From Anaerolineae bacterium (GTDB lineage Bacteria > Chloroflexota > JAHJIN01), in contig DAOTYG010000103.1 in NCBI GenBank assembly GCA_034435155.1, forward strand, positions 1 through 16,084: a stretch of 16,084 bases of DNA. The letters run 5' to 3'. Both the position numbers and the translations under genes were made by a program. Each line of letters starts with the position of its first letter. Positions within the stretch are counted from its first letter, which is position 1. Shown here in pieces: positions 1-5,593 of the stretch. Under the pieces are notes generated by a model. It was given only the letters and a program-made list of their open reading frames with translations. It did not search any database and was not told where the DNA came from.

Positions 1-431
1 ATGGTCTGCAACAGGGCGGTCTTGCCGGAGCCGGTGGTGCCGGCCACCAGGACGTGGGCCACGTCCGGGCTGCTGAGGCGCAGGCCCAGAACCCGCCCCT
101 CCTCGTCCAGGCCCAGCAGGGCGGTTTCTCGGGGCACTGGCCCGAAGAGCCGCTCGATGGTCCGCAACTGCACGGCCGGGGCGTCCGAACGTGGCAGTTC
201 CAGGACCACCTGACCACCCTGGCGGGTAACCCGGCAGGTTGGGGCATTCAGGGCCAGGGCCAGTTCCTCGCTCAGGTTGACCAGGCGGCTGACGCGCACG
301 CCGGAGGCCGGGTGCAGGTAAAAGCGCACCAGACGCGGCCCGACCGTGCCGCCGGTCACCGGGGCCTGCACGCCATGGCTCCACAGCACCCACTCGATAG
401 TGTCTGCCTGTCGCTCCAGAAGATCACGCAT
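1..431 (-). CDS. FtsK/SpoIIIE-family DNA translocase-like ATPase, N-terminal part (gene continues past window start); begins directly with the alpha domain, no membrane/linker region
   Basis: Manual minus-strand translation from ATG at 431..429: MRDLLERQADTIEWVLWSHGVQAPVTGGTVGPRLVRFYLHPASGVRVSRLVNLSEELALALNAPTCRVTRQGGQVVLELPRSD...PDVAHVLVAGTTGSGKTALLQT. It aligns with the FtsK motor region (PGPVITRFEL..PGVK..ISNLS.DLA..L....VRV...IPGK..VG.ELPN ... HLLVAGTTGSGKS), including the Walker A GTTGSGKT at 45..19. The frame stays open to position 1. Confidence 0.85.
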   Translation of the reverse strand, partial: MRDLLERQADTIEWVLWSHGVQAPVTGGTVGPRLVRFYLHPASGVRVSRLVNLSEELALALNAPTCRVTRQGGQVVLELPRSDAPAVQLRTIERLFGPVPRETALLGLDEEGRVLGLRLSSPDVAHVLVAGTTGSGKTALLQT

Positions 432-480
432 AGCCCTATCCCTGGGTCTCACCGGGTGCGGCTGCCAGCTTCTAGTCTTT

Positions 481-496
481 TAGAACATATGTTCTA
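481..496. promoter_or_regulatory. Cheo-type LexA/SOS box candidate (tAGAACATATGTTCTa, GAAC-N4-GTTC) lying just downstream of the -10 of the FtsK-like gene promoter
   Basis: Perfect 16-bp palindrome TAGAACATATGTTCTA. It matches the Gram-positive/Chloroflexi LexA consensus CGAAC-N4-GTTCG core and overlaps the predicted transcription start region. Confidence 0.5.
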
Positions 497-501
497 ATCC
501 T

Positions 502-530
502 ATTATACTGCCTGACCAGATCTTTGTCAA
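502..530 (-). promoter_or_regulatory. sigma70-type promoter for FtsK-like gene (minus strand: TTGACA-17-TATAAT)
   Basis: Reverse complement reads cTTGACAaagatctggtcaggcagTATAATagg. The -35 is at 530..525, the -10 at 507..502, with an exact 17-bp spacer. Confidence 0.5.
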
Positions 531-540
531 GGGCATGAGC

Positions 541-680
541 CTGACATCCGTGCGTAAAATTAAACGCATGAGGGTCCTGTCCCACTCCCCACTTCGTCGC
601 CGCTACGCGATGCGGGGAGAGGGAAAAGAATGTCCCGTAGGGGTTTTTGCAGCGGCTTCGCCGCCGCAAAAACCCTCACA
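541..680. repeat. Dispersed intergenic repeat family A, copy 1 (front module GACATCCGTGCGTAAAATTAAACGCATGAGG...CCCACTCCCCACTT plus hairpin GGGGTTTTTGC(A)GCGG-cttcg-CCGCCGCAAAAACCC at 640..676)
   Basis: Related copies sit at 1262..1395 and 3891..4040. The shared 16-bp CCGCCGCAAAAACCCC shows up as a PPQKP peptide in three unrelated ORF-track translations. Confidence 0.65.
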
Positions 681-711
681 AAGGTTTGGGGCAGGTTCCA
701 CGCCACTGGAC

Positions 712-739
712 AACAAAAGCCCCGACTGGCGTCGGGGCT
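712..739 (-). terminator. Rho-independent terminator downstream of ssb (stem AGCCCCGAC/GTCGGGGCT, then U-tract on the minus transcript)
   Basis: 9-bp GC-rich stem with a 4-nt loop at 718..739, followed on the minus strand by cttttgttg. It lies 7 nt after the ssb stop. Confidence 0.6.
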
Positions 740-745
740 TGGACG

Positions 746-1168
746 TTAAAACGGCAATTCGTTCTCCTCCAGGTCTGGTGGTGGCTCACCCTCTACTTCC
801 GGGGCCTCGGCTGCAGCCTCGCCACGCCCGGCCAGGAAACGCACGTTAAGGGCGTTGATCTCGAAAGAAGCACGTGGCTTGCCATCGTTGCCGGTCCAGA
901 CGCGCGGTCCGCCGGTCTCCGGGTCTGGACGCAGGCGTCCTTCCACCAGAACCGGCCGACCTTTGGTCAGGTACTGATTGCAGATCTCCGCTTGTTTACC
1001 CCAGGCCGAAACCCGGAACCAGACAGTCTCTTCTTGTTGATTGCCTTCCCGATCCGTCCACCGGCGCGAGGCTGCCACACTAAAGTGGGTCACGGCCTGA
1101 CCGGTAGGGGTATAGCGCATCTCTGGATCCCGTCCCAAATATCCCGCGATGATGATCTTGTGGTACAT
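746..1168 (-). CDS. ssb: Single-stranded DNA-binding protein (OB-fold SSB with acidic C-terminal tail ...EENELPF)
   Basis: 140 aa: MYHKIIIAGYLGRDPEMRYTPTGQAVTHFSVAASRRWTDREGNQQEETVWFRVSAWGKQAEICNQYLTKGRPVLVEGRLR.... This is the canonical SSB N-terminal OB fold plus a Gly/Glu-rich linker and a D/E-x-x-L-P-F tail. Confidence 0.92.
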   Translation of the reverse strand: MYHKIIIAGYLGRDPEMRYTPTGQAVTHFSVAASRRWTDREGNQQEETVWFRVSAWGKQAEICNQYLTKGRPVLVEGRLRPDPETGGPRVWTGNDGKPRASFEINALNVRFLAGRGEAAAEAPEVEGEPPPDLEENELPF

Positions 1169-1223
1169 TTGCGTCTCCTTTCCTCGGCCTGTTATAGAAA
1201 CTCGTTCAAGATTTGGTGATGAT

Positions 1224-1252
1224 ATTATACAATAAATGAGCGACTTTGTCCA
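1224..1252 (-). promoter_or_regulatory. sigma70-type promoter for ssb (TGGACA-17-TATAAT on minus strand)
   Basis: Reverse complement reads cTGGACAaagtcgctcatttattgTATAATatc. A GGAAAGGAGAC Shine-Dalgarno precedes the ATG. Confidence 0.45.
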
Positions 1253-1261
1253 GACTCAGTT

Positions 1262-1395
1262 AACATCCGTGCGTAATTAAACGCATGAGGGCCCTGCCCC
1301 ACTCCCCACTTTGCGCCCCTTCGCCGCCGCAAAAACCCCCAGAAGTGGGCCTGGGCCGGGCAGACCGCCGAGGAGCACAAATTTCCATACTATAC
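1262..1395. repeat. Dispersed repeat family A, copy 2 (front module plus right half of hairpin, plus module CAGACCGCCGAGGAGCACAAATTTCCATAC)
   Basis: TAACATCCGTGCGTAATTAAACGCATGAGGGCCCTGCCCCACTCCCCACTT...CTTCGCCGCCGCAAAAACCCCC aligns with copy 1. Its 3' module recurs inverted at 5455..5486. Confidence 0.65.
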
Positions 1396-1425
1396 TCGCC
1401 GACCCTGGGGCGTCCAAAAGTATTC

Positions 1426-1539
1426 GTAACTACCTACCCTCCCGCAGGTTTGGGCGCAATGACCAGCCCAGACGCCCAGATGACCGGCTGCATCGGTTGC
1501 CAGCCCCTTTCTAACCTGCGGGAGGGTTCAGGGTAATTC
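1426..1539. mobile_element. MITE-like element (~114 bp) with ~25-bp imperfect terminal inverted repeats GTAACTACCTACCCTCCCGCAGGTT / AACCTGCGGGAGGGTTCAGGGTAATTC
   Basis: The left TIR nearly matches the terminus of the IS66-like element at 15867..15889 (GTAACTGCCTACCCTCCTGCGAG). There is no coding capacity. The right TIR abuts or overlaps the stop codon of the cyclodeaminase-family gene. Confidence 0.6.
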
Positions 1540-2530
1540 ATAATTCTATCTCTACTCCCAGGCCCAACTCGGCAGCCCGGTTCAATACCCGCCGGGCCGC
1601 CGCCACGTCCTGCACTGCCACGCCCACGGACTTGAAACAGGTGATCTCATCGGCGCGCTCGCGGCCGGGCCTGCGCCCCAGGACGATCTCGCCCAGCTCG
1701 GCGTGGATATGAGACTCAGTGATGAGGCCCTGCTGCAAGGGGATGAGCAGGTCGCCGGCCTCGGCCAGCGACGCCTGTCGCGAGTCAATGACCACCTTCG
1801 CGCGGCGGATCGTCTCCGCGTCCACCTCTTGCATCTGAGGGGTATAAGCACCGATGGCGTTGATGTGCGTGCCCGGTCGCACGTCCCGGCCAGCGAAGAC
1901 CGGCGTGGTCGAGGTGGTGGCCGTGCAGATGACGTCGGCCTGACGCACGGCCTCGGCCGGCGATGCGGCCACGCGGACGTCGGCCGGGATGGGGCCGCCA
2001 CGCCCGCTCAGCTCGGCGGCGTAGCGGGCTGCCTGGTCTGGGTTGGCGTCGTAGACCAGGGCGCGGGCGATGGGCCGGACGGTGCAGACGGCCTCCAACT
2101 GCGTGCGGCCCTGTGTCCCGGCGCCAAAGATGGCCACGACCTCTGCGTCCGGCCGGGCCAGCAGGTCCGTGGCCGCGCCGGAGGCGGCGCCGGTGCGCAG
2201 CGCGGTGAGGTATGTGCCGTCCATCAACGCCACCGGCGCGCCGGTCTCACCGTCCACCACTACGACCACTGCGTGGATGGTAGGCAGACCCCGGCCCAGG
2301 TTGCGCGGGAACACCGAGACGATCTTGGCCCCCAGATCGCCAGAGCCGGCCAGGTAGGCTGGCATAAAGAGGGTCACGCCTTCGTGCTGGGGGACCGGGA
2401 GCTGGGTGCGCAAGGGCACGTTCGCCTCGCCGGCTGAGAGTTGTGCGAAGGCCGTCTTCATCACCTCGATGCACTCGCGCATGGGCAGGGCGCGCTGGAC
2501 GTCGTTTTTGGAGAGGAGCCGGAGTTTCAT
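1538..2530 (-). CDS. Ornithine cyclodeaminase / mu-crystallin family protein (possible ketimine/Pyr2C reductase)
   Basis: 330 aa with Rossmann motif [17 protein letters not shown] and the family-conserved block [23 protein letters not shown]. It overlaps the upstream oxidase gene by 4 nt, giving operon-like spacing. Confidence 0.88.
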   Translation of the reverse strand: MKLRLLSKNDVQRALPMRECIEVMKTAFAQLSAGEANVPLRTQLPVPQHEGVTLFMPAYLAGSGDLGAKIVSVFPRNLGRGLPTIHAVVVVVDGETGAPVALMDGTYLTALRTGAASGAATDLLARPDAEVVAIFGAGTQGRTQLEAVCTVRPIARALVYDANPDQAARYAAELSGRGGPIPADVRVAASPAEAVRQADVICTATTSTTPVFAGRDVRPGTHINAIGAYTPQMQEVDAETIRRAKVVIDSRQASLAEAGDLLIPLQQGLITESHIHAELGEIVLGRRPGRERADEITCFKSVGVAVQDVAAARRVLNRAAELGLGVEIEL

Positions 2531-2533
2531 CTG

Positions 2534-3691
2534 CTACACCACGTTATACTCGACGATCTGCTTGCCCTCCTGGAACCGACTCAGGGCCAGAGAGCTGATG
2601 TCCAGCGTATGTGCCTGACCGTCCAGGATCTCTTCCGCCAGCAGCAGGCCACAGGCCGGGCCGTGCATAAAGCCGTGGCCGGAGAAGCCCACGATGTTGT
2701 AGAATCCGTCCACCTCCGGCACCCGGCCCAGGATGGGATGGGCATCTGGCGTGACCTCATAGAGGCCGGCCCAGCGGCTGCTGATCCCCACTTCCTCCAG
2801 GAGCGGCATCCGGGCCATCGCCGCGTCAATATGTTCCAGCTCCCAATCTGGGTCCACGCGCTGGTCAAAGCCCGGCGGCTCATTCGGGTTGGACATGCCG
2901 GTGAGGATGGCCGGCCCCTCGCGGTGGAAGTAAAGGCTGCGGGCAAAATCAATGACAAAGGGGAAATCCGGTGGGAGCTGCGGGATCGGCGTGGTGACAA
3001 AGATCTGCCGTCGCACCGGGAGCACCGGGATCTCCAGACCGGCCATGGCGCCGATCTGGGCGGCCCAGGGGCCAGCGGCGTTCACCACGGCCGGCGTGGC
3101 GATCTCGCCCCGGTTCGTCTGCACGCTGCGCACCCGCCCGCTTTCTACCGTGATGCCGGTGACTTCCACCCCGGTCAGGCATCTGGCCCCCAGCCGCCGT
3201 GCCCCGGCGATATAGCCCTGCACCACGCTGTTGGGATCGGCCAGGCCGTCTTGGGGATACCAGGTAGCGGTCAGTACATCCTCCAGGGCCAGCAAGGGCA
3301 GACGGGCGCGGACCTCATCGCCGGTCAGCCACTCGGTCATCACGCCCAGCCGATGTTGCAGGGCCATGTTAGCCTGGAAAGCCCGCACATCCTCTTCTCT
3401 GGTCAGCAGGAACAGATAGCCGCAATAGCGCCGGTCAATCGCCTGGCCTAACTCTTCATGGAACCGGTCCAGCATGGGCAGGCTGAGGAGCGAGAGCCGG
3501 ACGTTGATCTCTGTGGCGAACTGGTAGCGGATGCCGCCGGCGCACTTGCCGGTGGACTCCTGCCCAAAGAAGGGATGGCGTTCCAGGAGTATCACGTTCG
3601 GGCAGCCCTTCCGGGCCAGGTGATAAGTGGTGCTGGCACCCATCACCCCGCCGCCGATGACCACAACCTCGGCAGTAGATGGTAGATCCAT
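2534..3691 (-). CDS. FAD-dependent oxidoreductase, DadA/SoxB/ThiO (D-amino-acid or sarcosine oxidase) family
   Basis: 385 aa with N-terminal dinucleotide fold VVVIGGGVMGASTTYHLARKG...LLER. The C-terminal HGFMHGPACGLLLAEEIL block is typical of this family. A GGGGGGA Shine-Dalgarno precedes the ATG. Confidence 0.85.
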   Translation of the reverse strand: MDLPSTAEVVVIGGGVMGASTTYHLARKGCPNVILLERHPFFGQESTGKCAGGIRYQFATEINVRLSLLSLPMLDRFHEELGQAIDRRYCGYLFLLTREEDVRAFQANMALQHRLGVMTEWLTGDEVRARLPLLALEDVLTATWYPQDGLADPNSVVQGYIAGARRLGARCLTGVEVTGITVESGRVRSVQTNRGEIATPAVVNAAGPWAAQIGAMAGLEIPVLPVRRQIFVTTPIPQLPPDFPFVIDFARSLYFHREGPAILTGMSNPNEPPGFDQRVDPDWELEHIDAAMARMPLLEEVGISSRWAGLYEVTPDAHPILGRVPEVDGFYNIVGFSGHGFMHGPACGLLLAEEILDGQAHTLDISSLALSRFQEGKQIVEYNVV

Positions 3692-3731
3692 TGTCCCCCC
3701 TTACAAGATCCCCACCAGTCATTTTGCTCTC

Positions 3732-3760
3732 ATTGTACTCTGGGCCAGGGGCTTTGTCAA
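3732..3760 (-). promoter_or_regulatory. sigma70-type promoter for oxidase/cyclodeaminase operon (TTGACA-17-TACAAT on minus strand)
   Basis: Reverse complement reads aTTGACAaagcccctggcccagagTACAATgag, about 35 nt upstream of the ATG at 3691. Confidence 0.45.
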
Positions 3761-3890
3761 TACTGGGGATGCCGGGGGATGGTTCAGAATTGGTTGAAAA
3801 TTTCTGTACCGCCGGGTCTTTATTGCCCCTCCCCCCTTATAGGCTGCTAAAACGGCTCCTTGGGGAAAGCCTGGATTCAGAGGGCGTGCT

Positions 3891-4040
3891 GACATCCGTG
3901 CATAACTTTTGTCAGGGAAGGAACAAGTTTTTGCGATGGCGAAGCCGCCGCAAAAACCCCTACGAGGTTCCCCTCCCCGAAGGGACATGAAATGGAGAGT
4001 GAGGCAGTGCTCTCATGGGTTTAATTTACGCACGGCTGTC
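3891..4040. repeat. Dispersed repeat family A, copy 3, arranged as a MITE: short left TIR GACATCCGTGCATAAC, central hairpin GTTTTTGCGatGGCG-aagc-CGCCGCAAAAAC, and an inverted full front module ending ...GTTTAATTTACGCACGGCTGTC
   Basis: The reverse complement of 3960..4040 aligns base-for-base with the 543..640 module of copy 1 (GACAGCCGTGCGTAAATTAAACCCATGAGAGCACTGCCTCACTCTCCA...). Confidence 0.6.
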
Positions 4041-4050
4041 AAGCGTGGGC

Positions 4051-4079
4051 TTGACTTGCCCAGGCGATTCGGATATACT
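4051..4079 (+). promoter_or_regulatory. sigma70-type promoter for ybaK-like gene (TTGACT-17-TATACT)
   Basis: cTTGACTtgcccaggcgattcggaTATACTgg. A GGAGACAGG Shine-Dalgarno precedes the ATG at 4123. Confidence 0.4.
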
Positions 4080-4122
4080 GGATGTGTCAGGCGCTTATCA
4101 TCTCGTATACTGGAGACAGGAT

Positions 4123-4602
4123 ATGCCCCAGCAATTGAGTGCCAGTGCCCGTAAGGTCCAGGAGGCCCTGGCTGCATACGGCCTTGACTGTCGCGTGGTG
4201 GAATTACCTGCCAGCACGCGCACTGCCCGGGAAGCGGCCGCGGCCGTGGATTGTCAGGTGGGCCAGATCGTCAAATCGCTGGTCTTTCGCGGCGTGCATA
4301 CGCAACGCCCGATCCTGGTGGCAGCAAGCGGGCTGAATCGCGTGAATGAGCAGCGGTTGAGCGAGCTGGTCTCTGAGCCGATAGAAAAGGCTGATGCTGA
4401 TTTCGTGCGGGCGCGTACCGGGTTCGCTATCGGCGGGGTGCCGCCTGTAGGACACGCGGAGCCATTACAGACGTTTATTGACGCTGATCTCTTGCAGTAT
4501 GACGAGATCTGGGCGGCGGCCGGCACCCCTCATGCCGTGTTCCGGCTTACCCCGGCGGACCTGATCCGGATCACCGGCGGTCAGGTGATCTCGATCACCT
4601 GA
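4123..4602 (+). CDS. ybaK: YbaK/ProX-type aminoacyl-tRNA editing deacylase (Cys-tRNA(Pro) deacylase family)
   Basis: 160 aa: MPQQLSASARKVQEALAAYGLDCRVVELPASTRTAREAAAAVDCQVGQIVKSLVF...GFAIGGVPPVGH...VISIT, which is the YbaK fold signature. The ORF track extends the frame back to 4015, but that stretch lies inside a repeat. The internal ATG at 4123 has a proper Shine-Dalgarno and gives the typical ~160 aa length. Confidence 0.85.
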   Translation: MPQQLSASARKVQEALAAYGLDCRVVELPASTRTAREAAAAVDCQVGQIVKSLVFRGVHTQRPILVAASGLNRVNEQRLSELVSEPIEKADADFVRARTGFAIGGVPPVGHAEPLQTFIDADLLQYDEIWAAAGTPHAVFRLTPADLIRITGGQVISIT

Positions 4603-4810
4603 CCTGAGATGGGCGAACCACCTGGTGGGTCGGTTCGGGCTTGCTCGTTACGCGGGTGATGCCCGGCCCGACCCTGTAAGGGGTTGGCCGTCAGGGACCC
4701 GGCGCAGCCCAGCCCCATATGGTTGAGCAACCGCTGGCTAAAGGTATTGGGATTAGTACCAAATCCCTATTTCGGGATCGCAGATCACGTCCGATGGTAC
4801 AAACTTCCTA

Positions 4811-4839
4811 TTGCCATAGAGTGACAGATCGTGTATAAT
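4811..4839 (+). promoter_or_regulatory. Consensus sigma70 promoter (TTGCCA-17-TATAAT) driving the flp-type pilin gene
   Basis: ctaTTGCCAtagagtgacagatcgtgTATAATagt. The predicted 5' UTR ends in the AGGAAAGGAGG Shine-Dalgarno, 8 nt before the ATG. Confidence 0.5.
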
Positions 4840-4901
4840 AGTAACGGAGGGTAAGGAGAGCTAACCCTTCCCTATCATCTCAGGAAAGGAGGTAAGCCGC
4901 C

Positions 4902-5060
4902 ATGTTGGTTCGCCGTGAGGAAGGGCAGGGTATGGTGGAGTATGCGCTGCTCATCGTGCTGATCTCCATCGCCGCCTTGGTCGTCCTGTTGCTGATCGGC
5001 CCGCAGATTCTCACCGCTTTTAGCATGGTCAACAGCGCGCTGGGCAAGGGCCTCACCTAG
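4902..5060 (+). CDS. flp: Flp/Fap-family type IVb prepilin (52 aa)
   Basis: Not in the ORF track because it is short. MLVRREEGQGMVEYALLIVLISIAALVVLLLIGPQILTAFSMVNSALGKGLT carries the Flp processing motif G/XXXXEY (G/QGMVEY) and then a hydrophobic helix. A strong Shine-Dalgarno, a consensus promoter and an intrinsic terminator flank it. Confidence 0.72.
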   Translation: MLVRREEGQGMVEYALLIVLISIAALVVLLLIGPQILTAFSMVNSALGKGLT

Positions 5061-5121
5061 TCTCGACTCTCGACCATATCCATCCAGCCCATCATCTCAA
5101 GCGTTCTTCACAGTTTATCCG

Positions 5122-5157
5122 AAACGGGGCCTCGTGAGAGGTCCCGTTTCACTTTTT
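5122..5157 (+). terminator. Rho-independent terminator after flp gene
   Basis: AAACGGGGCCTCgtgAGAGGTCCCGTTTcaCTTTTTCTCC: a stem of about 12 bp with one mismatch and a 3-nt loop, followed by a T-tract. Confidence 0.6.
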
Positions 5158-5278
5158 CTCCAGATGGGCCGGGTGCTAAATGAACCTTTTGCCGTCAGGT
5201 CAGGTAATCATAATGTTCGCACGAAAATGAAATACGCCGGTATGCTCGCGCGGGGTGTGCCACCTCGCGTTTCCCCCT

Positions 5279-5303
5279 CGTGCCCACGCTCCGCGTGGGC
5301 ACG
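5279..5303. repeat. Perfect hairpin palindrome CGTGCCCACGC-tcc-GCGTGGGCACG (11-bp stem); a paralogous palindrome CACCCACGC-aga-GCGTGGGTG lies at 5359..5379
   Basis: Two related palindromes built on CCCACGC-N3-GCGTGGG sit about 80 bp apart in the 530-bp flp-tgpA spacer. They look like REP elements or paired operators. Confidence 0.5.
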
Positions 5304-5454
5304 CAGCAGGGATTGGGCAACAGCCAGGCGTTCCTGGCCGCACGACCCGGCGTTTTGCACCCACGCAGAGCGTGGGTGTGAGCAACGGTGGTTTTCCCGC
5401 GCTGGCGGCGGGTCACACTCCCGGTGGTCGCCGCGAGCCAGGCCAGGAGGCTCA

Positions 5455-5544
5455 GTAGATGGAAATTCGTGCTCCTCGGCGGTCTGTGACCGCCGAGCGC
5501 GAAGCGGCGGGTCACCCAGTCAGGCCTGGGCCTGGCAGACCCGC
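5455..5544. repeat. Dispersed repeat family A fragment (inverted CAGACCGCCGAGGAGCAC(G)AATTTCCAT module plus direct GGCCTGGGCCTGGCAGACCCGC module)
   Basis: The reverse complement of 5455..5486 matches 1360..1391. The stretch 5523..5544 matches 1346..1367 on the same strand. Both copies translate to RPPRSTNFH in ORF-track artefact ORFs. Confidence 0.55.
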
Positions 5545-5593
5545 TTTGAGCAACTTTTTCCATCTATTGAGGCTATTTAGAGGATGGTGAACT

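Noticed and set aside
1703-3451. Long plus-strand ORFs (244 aa, 336 aa, 95 aa) antisense to the cyclodeaminase and oxidase genes
   Set aside because: They show no recognisable motifs and have the Arg/Gly-rich composition of antisense frames. The minus-strand genes have strong family signatures.
4015-4122. Upstream extension of the ybaK ORF to ATG 4015 (195 aa form)
   Set aside because: The extension lies inside dispersed repeat copy 3 and the predicted promoter. The internal ATG at 4123 has a Shine-Dalgarno and gives the canonical ~160-aa YbaK length.
4603-4900. Searched intergenic regions for tRNA/tmRNA-like T-loop signatures (GGTTCGAATCC-type) as possible integration sites
   Set aside because: No convincing cloverleaf or T-loop consensus was found anywhere in the window.
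5279-5379. Possible CRISPR array, from the two similar palindromic units with a spacer
   Set aside because: Only two units are present. They are not identical and are themselves perfect hairpins with different flanks. No cas genes or leader are present.
5134-5580. ORFs of 61-148 aa in the flp-tgpA spacer, on both strands
   Set aside because: They are built from repeat modules (for example the RPPRSTNFH peptide, also produced by the repeat copy at 1311..1514) and palindromes. There is no Shine-Dalgarno or codon bias.
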